Source: Orbicella franksi (lineage: Eukaryota). Taken from it: 64,000 bases of DNA. The stretch lies in NCBI GenBank assembly GCA_964199315.1, contig OZ116704.1, forward strand, positions 14,384,001 to 14,448,000. The letters run 5' to 3'. The notes under the pieces were generated by a model, which saw nothing but the letters and a program-made list of their open reading frames with translations, did not search any database and was not told the DNA's origin. Of the stretch, positions 12,601 to 25,528 are shown one piece after another. Numbering within the stretch: the stretch's first letter is position 1; every line of letters begins with the position of its first letter. The translations under genes and the position numbers were made by a program.

Positions 12601-13302
12601 AAGAAGTTTTGTTATTTTTCTACTTATTAAACGATGTGGTTTAGAATTGATCTGGTCGCTCAATTCAAAATGGCGGACCAAGTGCTTCTTCCTTCAAGAT
12701 GCATCGAATTGAGTTAGCACGATTATTTGTTATTACAAAAATTGGTTCAAGATTCATATACTGTATCTATTGAAGATTTGCTACTTTCGAACTACTATTT
12801 AAGATCTGGTTTTGAAAAACTGTTTTGTATAAATGTAAGCTTATGCCTGAGTATAAAGCTTTGCTCAATTGTTCGAGCAACATGGCGGCGGATTCACTCG
12901 CTGTCTTTCCAGCAGTCGTTACTTGATTTCGAACCAATTTTGCTGACGATAAAAAACATGGCATAGTATAGAACGGAAAACTAGTATTTGAAATGAAAAA
13001 TGTCCCGCCTAAACCACGTAGCAGCGTGATATAATTTAAGGTTATATTTAGAAAGAAAATCTTCGGTACACTCCAAGGTCGGTTCAATGGTCAGCAAAAA
13101 TCAACTTTTTCTCGGTGTTCAATCAAACAAAAAAAAATTGAATACAAAAACTCCGCTCCCGATACGCGCCACGTATGTTTTGAAAGTGCGGTTCTGAAAT
13201 AAATTGTGCTTGCCATACGTTTTTATGACAAATACGAATCTTTGGGGTTACGAATAGGACTGAGTGAACGAGCAAGCGTCTTAGAATCAGTAACCTTCTA
13301 GA

Positions 13303-13597
13303 ATGCCTGGAAAATCTAGAGCAACAGCTAATTTACCTCTTGATGCTGGTTACCAGTGCGTTAGACGTGTTCAGCAAGTAGTGGAGGGATGTCAGGGATC
13401 TCTTTGCCAAGTTGCAACTCGCGCAAATCGACAAAGGCGTAGAAATCCGCGTGGAGGTGTTCCACTCCTGCCAAGAAACCTTCGATGTAGTGTATCTATA
13501 ATGCGTGTCGTTTCAATTCGTTTTCCCTTTTCTGGCACATCTAACACGGTTTTTCTTCTCTATTTCAGCATGGTTCGCATCCTGTACAATACTTTAA
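13303..13597 (+). CDS. CaaX micro-gene B, 70 aa, ending ...PRNLRSWFASCTIL
   Basis: Exon 13303-13486, intron 13487-13568 (82 nt, weak donor GTAGTG, branch CTAAC), exon 13569-13601, then AAG|GTGAGT. Confidence 0.6.
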
Positions 13598-15440
13598 GAA
13601 GGTGAGTTGTTGTAGTCAGCTTGTTTCAAAAGCGAAAGTCAATCTTTGCTAGTGTTCCGCCACCCAAACCTTAGACACAAGAGAGCGCTGCGCTTCACAA
13701 TTATACGATTCACTTAATTTCGAATTGTTAGCGCAAAAAAATCATTTCATTAGTGCATTTAATCTCAGTTGTGTCGATTCGATTTAGTTATTTCAAAGGC
13801 TGCAGGTTTCCTTCTTCGACCAAGAATTGCTTACACTGCTCATTTCCAGAACGTCCCTGCAAAGCAGCTGAAAGTGATATCTGAACACAAAGTTCGCTTT
13901 ATTTTCATCGAAAATCATTACTGTTTCCAAACCACTTCATAAAATCACAATTTTAGCAAAATGATATCGATTGTACACCACAAATCTTACTTCCTGATAA
14001 ATGTTAAGGGATGGCGCATACTCATTTTGTCTTATTTATTCAGTCTCGAGGAGAATTCTCTCGCATGTTTAACTCAAAGACTTCGTGAAAACATCGATTT
14101 CTCAGGCATTTTACCTCCATTAATTTTTTTTTAAGTTTAAAGTAGTTGGTCTATGTTTCGAAAATTGTTGTCAGTGGATTAACACAAGGAACTTGATGAA
14201 TGCACGCGGGATTTTTGACATCGATGTGGCTTTAATAGTTTCTGACCACTAAGTCCTTTGTTAGCAAATAGAAAACTTAGATCTGATTTAGTGATCTCAA
14301 CGTTCAACGGAGGGAGAACATTTGCGCGCTTTCGTATGCTTTACAATGAAGTCAAACGAAGAGGAAAGAGCTAGCTCATTATGTCGATAAACACAACTTA
14401 AATAAAGTGACTTCCCACATTGCCCTCGTGTCTCTCTATACTCTAGCAAACATGGTCTTGGGAATCAGAAATGCATTTCTCGTCTCCCCTAGGTTATGTC
14501 TTTGCACTGTTAGTGTTAGGACGAGATAATTAATAAGAATATCCTGTTTTTCAGAAACATGACACAAGAAAGAGAGTAAATGAAGCCTAGCGCACAAGGA
14601 CCGATGTGTTATCTTTTCTGTTCTGTTTTCTTCAAGTTTACTTGTGACAGTTTGCACTCCTGTTTTGAAAAACTTTAAAGACTCTTGTACTTTGTTGGAA
14701 CATTACTTTGTATCAGTAGGAAAAGCTATAAATTCGTTATAGGTTTCATGAGATTATAATCACGTCTGTTTAAGTGCATGCATCATTTTTAAGTTAAATT
14801 GCTTGCGTACAAGAAAAGCATCATTTATTCTTTCATTTCTGGTGTGAACTGTGAAACGCATGATTTTTGTAGACAGAGCCATCATGAAATAAATATTGTG
14901 AAGAAAGTGACATCAGTTCTGTTTTATTTACGGCTTACACGTGGTGTTTCTTAGCTTATAGATGAATGTGAAACATTGATATTCCAAGCATGAAAACAGA
15001 CCACTTGAGAAATGAATTCAACTTAGCTTCGCACAAGAAATTTTCAATAGGGTAATTGAACTAATGTCGAGCATAAACTCCTGTTAAAAAGCTTCCACAC
15101 TGTGCAAATCTTAGTATTCGTTAAGAATCTAATGAAACTAACACAAATTTAGTGGTATTTTGTTGGAAAATTTCACTACAAGTATGATTAAACAGAAAAC
15201 GCGCTTTTCTAAGGTCTAAAATATGCGGAGTAACCATATTTTTGTCAAGTAAAGCACCTGGGGTGCCACATAAATGAAAATTATGTATTTCAGAACAAAA
15301 ATAGACAAAAATAGAAAGCGCGCTTTGTCAGCGTTTTCCAATATGCAATGCAAGCACATTTATTTTGGTCAACCAACATTCCGCCACGTCTATGGAAACC
15401 CAATACACACCCCATTCAAAGAAAGGGCTTAAGATTGATT

Positions 15441-15796
15441 GGCAGATTGATCGATCGATTGACAGCGATGAAAATAGATGTGGAAGAACTGAGATAAACT
15501 GGCTTTCTATTGCGCGCAAAGGTTACAATAAGATTAATTCACTTTGTCTGGATATAACTGGCGCGGGCAGGAATCCGAAACAACTGAAATAAATTTGCTT
15601 AGTCCTATTTGCGCACCGCAAACGAGATAAAAATGAAGCCAGCATCGTTGCGCATCAACAAACATCTCCAAAATTCACATTCTTATCTAATTAACAAGTA
15701 ACAACAGTCATTGTGCGCCTCGTGAACTGAAATGTTCCTCAAAATCGTTCGGAGGAGTAAGTTCCTTAACTGTCTGAATCGCAACCAAACTAGGCT
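15441..15796. mobile_element. About 355-bp insertion private to long-spacer copy 1
   Basis: The other copies read AAGATT(G/A)ATTTCCC contiguously at 19482 and 24056. Confidence 0.65.
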
Positions 15797-16301
15797 ATTT
15801 CCCGCCCACAAGGAACAAAGATGCCATGATATGTTAAAATTTTGTGACCCGCACATCTTTGAAGCGTTATGAACCACGGTGCGACCGCGTTCGGGGAGGG
15901 GGGGGGGGGGGGACAACTCGATAAAATTTCATTCAGCCGTAATTTTACGCGCAACTTTTCCCTGAAAGAGATAAATGACGCGTGTTCCTTTGGCAAGCGA
16001 TTATTTCCTTTTTCGCTGTTTTAGCGAATAAAGGCTCGTGCTCCATTTTGCTACGAAGGTAGAGGGCTAGTGAATTTTCTTTGCGTTTGACGGAAATACA
16101 TTCTGTTGTTCAAAGCACATGCTGCTCAACGCAATCTTGCTGTCAACCAATCGAATGCGGAGCCCACATTAATATATGCAATAAAAAAAGTGAATCATTT
16201 GCCAAAATCGCCATTTTAATTTTAAATTTGACGCCTTCTTCGGCAAGATAAAGTTAAAATAGTACGGTAACGGTATCGCAGCATTGTAAAACGCCTTTAC
16301 C

Positions 16302-16504
16302 ATGCCTGGAAAATCAGGATCTAGCGGGAATTCGGGAACTGATGCTGGATATCCTAGAGACAATCCAAGCAGTGAATCTAGGAAAGGCAATGGAGGGGGA
16401 AGCTGGTTTTGTGAGTGAAATTTAATAATGACAAGTGCTCCTCTCACTCGTGAACTATCTGACTTGCTTTTCTCCATTCTATTTCAGCATGCATAATATT
16501 GTGA
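16302..16504 (+). CDS. CaaX micro-gene C, 41 aa: MPGKSGSSGNSGTDAGYPRDNPSSESRKGNGGGSWFSCIIL
   Basis: Exon 16302-16410, intron 16411-16487 (GTGAGT...TTTCAG, 77 nt), exon 16488-16513 with TGA at 16502-16504, then AAG|GTAAGT. Confidence 0.8.
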
Positions 16505-16824
16505 TGAAAGAAGGTAAGTAGCTATGTTTCGCTTCAGAGCAACCGTCGTTACTATTTAGACCATCGTTGGTACAAACTGTGGAACTGCGCGTCAACTTAA
16601 GATCAGGCTGCGTTTGAATTAAGTTAAATTTTGATGATAGCCAGACCTGAACTCAGCCGAAGAGTCTTTACATGGATCAGTTCGAGGTCTCAATCAAAAG
16701 TGTGTTGAATGCAAACCGTATACTCCAGAAAAGCGCGAGATCATGCGAAAAACGTTGTATTTCAGTTGATAATTCCTCGTGGCGCAAACATAGAGCGTGA
16801 AGGTTGCTTCGCGAATCGTCAAAA

Positions 16825-17111
16825 ACGCCTTCAGGGAAATCAAGAACGACAGCTAATTCGCCTATTGGTGCTGGTTATCAGTGTATTAGACGTGTTCAAC
16901 AAGATGCTAGAGATCTCTCTACCAAACTACAACTCGCGTAAATCGACAAAGGCGAAGAAATTCGCGTGGAGTTGTTCCACTCCCGCTAACAAACCTTCGA
17001 TGTCGAGTATCGATAAAGCATGTCGTTTAATTCGTTTTCCCTTTTCTGGCACATCTAACACGCTTTTTCTTCTCCATTTCAGCGTGGTTCGCATCCCGTA
17101 CAACACTTTAA
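16825..17111 (+). pseudogene. Cassette D, chimeric pseudogene
   Basis: ATG>ACG, a 10-nt deletion relative to B, TAA at 16939-16941, donor GTCGAG, and an exon 2 reading WFASRTTL (Cys lost). Confidence 0.8.
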
Positions 17112-18330
17112 GAAGGTGAGTTGTTATATTCAGCTTGCTCCAAAAGCGAAAGTTATTCTTTGCTAGTGTTTTGCCACCCAAACCGTAGATACAAGATGGC
17201 GCTGCCGTCCTTCCGATTCACCTAATTTCGAATTGTTGGCGAAACAAATCACTTCGCTAGTGCATTTAATCTCAAATATGTCCATTTTGCATTCAAGTAT
17301 AATATCAGAGATGTAGAATCTGTCATTATTTATTTTATAGGCTGAAGGTTTCTTTCGTCGACCAAGAATTGCTTACACAGCACATTTCCAGAGCGTCACT
17401 ATAAAACAGCTGAAAACGATATCTGAACACAAAGTTCGCTTTATTTTCATCGTAAATGATTTACTGTTTCCAAGCTACTTCCTAAAATCACAACTTTAGC
17501 AAAATAATATGGATTATCCACCGCAAATCTTATACTTCCTGATAAATGTTGCAAGGTGGCGCAGTGATTCCCATATTCATTTTGTGTTATTTGTTCAATC
17601 TCCAATGGAATTCTACTGCACGTTTTACGTTCAGATTTCGTGAAAATGTCTATTTCCTAAGGTAATTTACCTCCCTGAATTTTTTAAGTTGAAAGTAGTT
17701 GGTCTATGTTTCGAAAATAGTTGGATTAACACAAGGAACTTGATCAATACACACGAGATTTAACATCTATGTGGCTTTAATAGTTTCTGACCTCTAAGTC
17801 CTTTGTTAGCAAATAGAAAACTTGAACCTGATTTACTGAGTGATCTTAATGTTCAACAGATGTGGAACATTTGCACGGGTTCCTATACTTTGCAATTCAG
17901 TCAAACGACGAGGAAAGAATTAGCTCATAATGTTGCTCAATGCAGCTTTAATAACTAACTGCCCACATTGCCTTCATGACTTCATACTCTAGCAATCATG
18001 GAGTTGGGAATCAGAGGTGCATTTCTGTTCTCCCCTAGGTTATGTTTTTGCACTATTAGAGTTAAGAGTAACAAAAATTAATAACAATAACCTGTTTTTC
18101 AGACACTGGACACAAGAAAGAAAGAGTTGATGAAGCCCTTGAACATAGGACCGAATGTATTATCTCTTATCTCTGACGTGGAAGGGGTTTACTTTTAACA
18201 GTTTGCGAGCCCGAGACTTTTGTTGCCTGAGACATTTGTAGTTTAGTAGAACATTAACTTTGTGCGATTTCATGATATTATAATCTCGTGTGTTTAAGTG
18301 TATGTTTCACTTCTAGGTTAAGTTGCTTGC

Positions 18331-18865
18331 ATAATTTTGGGCATTATGCCATAGTCTGAGAATCGAGCATAATGCTGGCATAATGGGTATTTTTTCAGCA
18401 TGAAGAGAGTAATAATAATATATAAAATTAATATTTTCATAACTGTAATGAGACACTTTCACTTTCTAGTACTTTTAGCAAGGATTTAACATATTCAAAA
18501 GCTTGGTTGCTACTTTCAAGGCATTGAAGTGATCAGAGAGTATCCTAACGATGGAGGGTTCCATTGAAAGAAGACATTTCAAGTGCTTTTGAGCATTATT
18601 TGTTATTTATTGTTTGTAAAGTTGTAGCTGCTGCAATAAAATGTTGTGTTTCTGACTTATGCAGGTTTCTGACTTATGTGTTTATGACTTATTCTTCACT
18701 TTCATCTTTTTGTCCTCAGGGATGGAAAAGGGCGTCAAACATAACCAAGATCAGTCGACCATAATGCTTCTTCTCGAGCATAATTTTAGGCATAGTGCTG
18801 TTGTTTTGAGGGTGAGGCTCAAAAGCATACTGCCCAAATTTTTGAGCATAATGTATCTAACCCTA
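18331..18865. mobile_element. About 535-bp insertion private to long-spacer copy 2
   Basis: Copies 1 and 3 read TGCTTG..TACAAGAAAAGC without it. It contains repeated AGCATAAT motifs. Confidence 0.6.
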
Positions 18866-20015
18866 TTGCGCACAAGAAAAGCACCATTGAAGACTCTCAC
18901 TTCTGGTATTAACTGTGAAACTCATGATTTTATAGGACACAGAGCTATCACGAAATACACAATTTGAAAAAAGTAACTTCAGTTCTGTTTTAATTGCGGC
19001 TTAGGCGCTGTGTTTCTTAGCTTATAGATGAGGGTAAAGCATTGATATTCCAAGCACAAGTGAACAGACCAATTTAACAGTGAATTCAAATTAGCTTCGC
19101 ACACGAGATTTTCAACGAGGCAATTGAATTAATATCAAGCACAAACTCCTGTTAAATAGCTTCCACACTGTGCAAGTCTTGGTATTCGTTATGAGCTAGT
19201 GAAACTAACACAAAGTTAGTGGAATTCTGTAGGAAAATTTCACTACAAAGCGCGCTTTTCTAAGGTCTAAACTATGCGGAGTAAGCATATTTTTGTCAAG
19301 CAAAGCATTTGGAGTGCCACATAAATGGAAATTATGTAATTCAGAACAAAGATATACAAAAATAGAAAGCACGCTTTGCCAGCGTTTTCTAATATGCAAT
19401 GTAAGCACATTTATTTTGGTCAGCCAACATCCCGCCATCTCTATGGAAACCCAATGCACAACCCATTCAAAGAAAGCGGTTAAGATTAATTTCCCGCCCT
19501 CGAGTAACAAAGATGCCATGATATGTTAAAATTTTGTGACCCGCACGTCTTTCAAGAGTTATGGTCCACGGTGCGACCCGGGTTTGCGGGGGGGGGGGGG
19601 GGGGGGGGTAAAACAACTCGATAAAATTTCTTTCTGCCGTAATTTTACGCGCAACTTTTCCCTGAAACAGACAAATGACGCGTGTTCCTTTGGCTGGCGA
19701 TCATATCCTCTTTGCTGTTTCAGCGAATTAGGGCTCGTGCTACATTTTGCTGTGAAGATAGAGGGTTAGCAAATTTTCTTTGCGTTGGACAAAAATAGAT
19801 TCTGTTGTTCAAAACACATGCTGCTCAACCTAAGCATGCTGTCAATCAATCGACTGCGGAACTCAGAGAATAGAGCCCCTCATGAATATATGCAACATAC
19901 CCATAAAAAAGGAATCATTTGCGTACATCGCCATTTTAGCGTTGACGCCTGCTTCGACAAGATAAAGCTAAAATAGTACGGTAACGGTATCGCAACGTTA
20001 TAAAACGCATTTACC

Positions 20016-20437
20016 ATGCCTGGAAAATCATGTTGTACCGGGAATTCGACAGATGATTGTGGATGTAGTGGAAGCAGTTCAAGCAGTCAAGATAATAGCT
20101 GGTGTTGTGAGTGAGGAGCTACGTCACCGTTTGCTCATCTTGATCAAATTTTTCAAGTTCGTCGTTTGTAATCCGCGTCAATCTTCTAGCTCTGTCCTTA
20201 ACTATCCTTGTTCCTTTATGGTTTATTATAATTTGTTTGCTGTTTTTCTGTCTTAGTAAACTATTATTTTCAGGTTTCCTTCATTTTAAAAGTAACTTTT
20301 GTCCATGGCCAAAGTAACTCAAAATGCCGCGACTGAGCTCCTTTCATAATTCCATGTGCTTCTCTCACTTGTGAACTACCTGACTGGTTTTCTTCCATTT
20401 TATTTCAGCATCGTGCATAATATTAAGACGAGAAAAG
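20016..20437 (+). CDS. Cassette E, Cys-rich stop-loss variant: MPGKSCCTGNSTDDCGCSGSSSSSQDNSWCSSCIILRREK...
   Basis: Exon 20016-20106, intron 20107-20408, exon 20409-20437 open through the donor AAG|GTAAGT. Confidence 0.55.
20114..20342. mobile_element. MITE with AGGAGCT...AGCTCCT termini in the intron of E (also in H, 24673-25436)
   Basis: Inverted termini; absent from the 77-nt intron of C. Confidence 0.7.
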
Positions 20438-20736
20438 GTAAGTAGCTGTGTTTCGCTTCTGAGCAATCGTTGATGATATTGAAAGTCTCAAGCGTCACCT
20501 TTGGATTAGGCTGTACTCGATTATGCTAAATTTTGGTGATAACTAGACCGGAACTCAGCCGGAGCGTCTTTAGATAGATCAGTTCTGAGGGGTTGACCAA
20601 ACTGTTGCTGAATACAAACCGTGTGCGCCGCGCACACCAGAAAAGCGCGGGATCAGGCGAAATACGTTGCACTTCAGTTGATAATTTCTCGTGGCGCAAA
20701 CATAGAGCGCAAAAGTTTCTTTGTGGATCGTCGATA

Positions 20737-21014
20737 ATGCCCAAAGGGAAATCAAGAGCGAGCGCTAACAGCAGTCGCGACGCTGCTTATCCAAAGAAGA
20801 AGGCAAAGAAAATCAAGAAGAAATCTAGTCAGAAGAAAACTTCCAACAGTCGACGCAAAACTAAAATGGCGACGCAAACGGGTGTTTCGTGACGACGGGC
20901 TTTAAGTAACGTATATTGTTAGTCATTTAAATGTTTTTCTTTGTAATTCTGCGACCTAACGTGTATTTTTATAACTCTATTTCAGCGTGGAGCGATTCCA
21001 TTACCATGACCTAA
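20737..21014 (+). pseudogene. Cassette F, polybasic type; premature stop and Cys lost
   Basis: MPKGKSRASANSSRDAAYPKKKAKKIKKK..., TGA at 20890-20892, in-frame phase-1 donor A|GTAACG at 20906, exon 20986-21018 reading WSDSITMT*. Confidence 0.75.
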
Positions 21015-21896
21015 CAAGGTGAGTTGTATCTTTTTTACTTTTTTCTTGAGTGAAAGTGATTTCCGTTATCAAGTTACCACCCACGTCTTGTAAGACGGTG
21101 TGGAGTGTGATACGATGATGCAATTTTGTAAAAGTTAGAAATTGCTGGCGAAACAAATCATTTTAACGGAAAATCAATTGCAAGATGCATCCATTTTACT
21201 TATTAAACGGTGTGGTTTAGAATTGAACTGGTCGCTCAATTCAAAATGGCGGACCATGTGCTTCTTCCTTCAAGATGCATCAAACTGAGTTAGTACGATT
21301 ATTTGTTATTACAAAACTTGGTTCAAAATTCGTGTACTGTATCTATTGAAGATTTGCTGCTTTCTAACAACTATTTAAGATCTGGTTTTGAAAAACTGTT
21401 TTGTATAAATGTAAGCTCATGTATGAGTATAAAACTTTGCACAATTGCTCGAGCAACATGGCGGCGGATTCACTCGTTGTCTTTCCAGCAGTCGTTACTT
21501 GATTTGGAACCAATTTTCTTACTGAAGATTCACGCGGCATAGACTGAAAATGATGATGCAAAACGTGGCATAGTGTAGAACGGAAAACTCGTATTTTTAT
21601 TCCGCCTAAACCGCGTCGCGGCGTGATATAATTTAAGGTTACATTTAGAAAGAAAATCTTCGGTACACTCCAAGGTCGATTCAATGGTCAGCAAAAATCA
21701 GCTTTTTCTCGGTGTCCAATCAAGCAAAAAGCTGAGTACAAAAACTCCACTTCCAAAACGCGCCACGTATGCTTTGAAAGTGCGGTTCTGTAATAATTTG
21801 TGCTTGCCTTAACTTTCTGTGACAAATACGAATCCCTTGGGTTACGAATAGGACTGCGTAAACGAGCAAGCGTCTTAGAATCGGTAACCTTCTAGA

Positions 21897-22192
21897 ATGC
21901 CTGAAAAATCTAGAGCAACAGCTAATTTACCTCTTGATGCTGGTTCTCAGTGCGTTAGACGTGTTCAGCAAGTTGTGGAGGAATGTCAGAGATCTCTTTG
22001 CCAAATTGCAACTCGCGCAAATCGACACAGGCGTAGAAATCCGCGAGGAGTTGTTCCACTCCTGCCAAGAAACCTTCGATGTAAAGTATCTATAATGCGT
22101 GTTGTTTTTACCTCGTTTTCCCTTTTCTGACACATCTAACATGCTTTTTCTTCCCTATTTCAGCATGGTTCGCATCCTGTACAATACTTTAA
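21897..22192 (+). CDS. CaaX micro-gene G, 70 aa, paralog of B, ending SWFASCTIL
   Basis: Exon 21897-22080, intron 22081-22163 (GTAAAG, 83 nt), exon 22164-22196 identical to exon 2 of B. Confidence 0.7.
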
Positions 22193-24566
22193 GAAGGTGT
22201 GTTGTTACATTCAGCTTGTTTCAAAAGCGAAAGTCATTCTTTGCTAGTGTTTTGCCACCCAAACATTAGATACAAGATAGCGCTGCGCTTCGCAAATATA
22301 CGATTCACTTACTTTCGAATTGTTAGCGAAACAAATCATTTCACTAGTACATTTAATCTCAGTTGTGTCGATTTTGGATTCAAGTATAATATCAGAGATG
22401 TAGAATCTGTCATCAGTTATTTCAAAGGCTGAAAGTGTCCTTCTTCGACCAGGAATTGCTTGCACAGCACATTTCCAGAGCGTCACTACAAAACAGCTGA
22501 AAGTGATATCTGAACACAAAGTTCACTTTATTTTCATCGAAAATGATTTACTGTTTCCAAACCACTTCATAAAATCACAACTTTAGCAAAATAATATGGA
22601 TTGTCCACCGCAAATCTTACTTCCTGATAAATGTTACAAGATGGTGCAGTGATTCCCATATTCATTTTGTCTTATTTGTTCAATCTCCGATTGAATTCTA
22701 CTGCACGGTTTACGTTCAGATTTCGTGAAAATGTCCATTCCTAAGTCAATTTCCATCCATTGCTTTTTTAAGTTGAAAGTAGTTGGTCTATGTTTTGAAA
22801 ATAGTTGTCAGTGGATTAACACAAGGAACTTGATCAATGCACGCGGGATTTTTAACATCTATGTGGCTTTAATAGTTTCTGACCACTATGTCCTTTGTTA
22901 GCAAATAGAAAACTTGGATCTGATTTAGTGATCTTAACGTTCAACAGATGAAGAACATTTGCGCGCTTTCGTATACTTTACAATTAAATCAAACGAAGAG
23001 GAAAGAACTTACTCATAATTCGATAAACACAGCTTAAATAAAGTGACTGACCACATTGCCCTCGTGTCTCTATACTCTAGCAAACATGGTCTTAGTTGGG
23101 AATCAGAAATGCATTTCCCTTCTCCCCTAGGTTATGTTTTTGCACTGTTAGTGTTAGGAGGAGATAATTAATAAGAATATCCTATTTTTCAGAAACCTGA
23201 CACAAGAAAGAGAGTATATGAAGCCTTGGGCACAAGGACCAGATGTGTTATCTCTTCTGTCCTGTTTTCTTCAAGTTTACTTGTGACAGTTTGCAAGCCT
23301 GTTTTGAAAAACTTTAGACTTTTGTAGTTGGAACATTACTTTGTGTCAAGAGAAAGCTATTGCATGATATTATAATCACGTGTGTTTAAGTGCATGTATC
23401 ATTTTTAAGTTAAATTCAGTGCTTGTATACAAGAAAAGCACCATTTATTCTATCATTTCTGGCGTGAACTGTGAAACGCATGATTTTTGTAGAACATAGA
23501 GCTATCATGAGATAAACATTGTGAAGGAAGTAACTTCAGTTCTGTTTCATTTACGTCTGACACGTGGTGTTTCTTAGCTTTTAGATGCGTGCAAAACATT
23601 GATATTCCAAGCATGAAAACAGACTACTTTATGAGTGAATTCAACATAGCTCCGCACAAGAAATTTTCAACAAGGCAATTAAACTGATATTGAGCAAAAC
23701 CTCCTGTTAAATAACTTCCACACTGTGCAAGTCTTGGTATTCGTTATGAATCTAATGAAACTAACGCAAATTTAGTGGTATTCTGTTGGAAAATTTTCAC
23801 TACAAGTTTGATTAAACACAAAACGCGCTTTTCTAAGGTCTGAAATATGCGGAGTAAGCATATTTTTGTCAAGAAAAGCATTTGGAGTGCCACATAAATG
23901 GAAATTATGTATTTCAGAACAAAGATATATAAAAATAGAAAGCACGCTTTGCCAGCGTTTTCTAATATGCAATGTAAGCACATTTATTTTGGTCAGCCAA
24001 CATCCCGCCATCTCTATGGAAACCCAATACACAACCCATTCAAACAAAGCGCTTAAGATTGATTTCCCATCCTCGAGTAACAAACATGCCATGATGTGTT
24101 AAAATTTTGTGACCCGCACATCTTTCAAGAGTTATGAACCACGGTGCGAGCCGGGTTGGGGGGGGGGGGGGAGGGGGGGAGTAAAATAGCTCGATAAAAT
24201 TTCTTCTGCCATAATTTTACGCGCAACTTTACCCTGAAACAGACAAATGACGTGTGTTCCTTTGGCTGGCGATCATATCCTCTTTGCTGTTTCAGCGAAT
24301 CATGGCTCGTGCTGCATTTTGCTACGAAGATAGAGGGTTAGCAAATTTTCTTTGCGTTGGACGAAAATACATTCTGTTGTTCAAAACACATGCTGTTCAG
24401 CCCAAGTATGCTCTCAATCAATCGAATGCGGAGCTCAGAGAATAGAGCCCCTCATGAATATATGCAACATGCCCATAAAAAGGATCGCCATTTCCGCTTT
24501 GCGTCTGCTTCGGCAAGATAAAGCTAAAATAGCAACGGTATCGCAAAATTATAGAACGCATTTACC

Positions 24567-25528
24567 ATGACTGGAAAATCAGGATCTACCGGGAATTCGG
24601 GAACTGATGCTGGATATGGTGGAGGCAGTTCAAACAGTCAAGGGAATGGAGGTTGTTGTGAGTGAAAATTAGAGGAGCTACGTCTCGGTTCGCTCATCTT
24701 GAGCAAATTTTCCTAGTTCGTCGTTTGTAATCCGCGTCAATCTTCTCCTTAACCATCCTTGTTCCTTTATGGTTTATTATAATTTCTTTGTTGTTTTTCT
24801 ATCTTAAGGCCGAATTACTCGGTACGACTTCGTCGCATTCGACAAGCTTACGACAGGCCTACGACATTAATTGTTTCGTGTAAATCAAACCTACAACTCG
24901 CTTACGACTGTTGTGTGCGTCAAAAAAAAATGTCGTAGAATTTTAAAACATGTTGTAAACGCGACGACAATCGTAGCCGAAGTCGATAGAAAATAACGTA
25001 TTTTGTGACAAATTTCTACTTAGTAGGGGACGAGGTGAAGTGCTGTTGCGTCAAAATGGCGGACGAACTTGTTGTTGACTGATTCACATGAAGACGTTTC
25101 TCAAAAAGTACTGAACAGATTAAAGCGAAAAACATCTCTTTAGAAAGTTCTTTTCAAAGCGCAGGACAGCCAAAATATTTTTTTACTCTGTTAGAACTTT
25201 CGCTCCGAAAATCCAGGTGCAAACTTTTGCATGTTTAATTTTCTAAGTGAAAAAGTCGAGCGCGTGTAAATGGTCCTAAGTCATACATGTCGTAGGCCTG
25301 CCGTAAGCTTGTCGCGTGCGACAAAGTCGTACCGTGTAAGTCGGCCCTTAGTAAATTATTATTTTCAGGTTTCCTTCACTTTAAAGGTAATTTTGAACAT
25401 GGCCAAAATAACTCAAACTGCCGCGATTGAGCTCCTTTAATAATATCATGTGCTTCCCTCACTTGTGAACTATCTAACTGGTTTTCTTCCATTCTATTTC
25501 AGCATGCATAATCTTAAGACGAGAAAAG
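24567..25528 (+). CDS. Cassette H, stop-loss variant: MTGKSGSTGNSGTDAGYGGGSSNSQGNGGCSCIILRREK...
   Basis: Exon 24567-24657, intron 24658-25502 (two nested MITEs), exon 25503-25528. Confidence 0.55.
24807..25347. mobile_element. PIF/Harbinger-type MITE
   Basis: About 60-bp TIRs (AGGCCGAATTACTCGGTACGAC... / ...GTCGTACCGTGTAAGTCGGCCC) and TTA duplicated at 24804 and 25348. The empty site TCTTAGTAAA is at 20251 in paralog E. Confidence 0.9.

Noticed and set aside
12727-13087. Repeated ORFs MLLQKLVQ.../MNRPWSVP... (also 21303-21684) and similar ORFs in the long spacers
   Set aside because: They recur only because the spacer is duplicated. Starts are non-ATG, indels shift frames between copies, and there are no motifs.
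13303-13605. ORF-track 100-aa ORF (also 21897-22130, 16709-17119, 11733-12080, 20593-20892)
   Set aside because: These are read-throughs of introns or upstream extensions from non-ATG starts. The spliced models explain the conserved splice signals and the terminal Cys.
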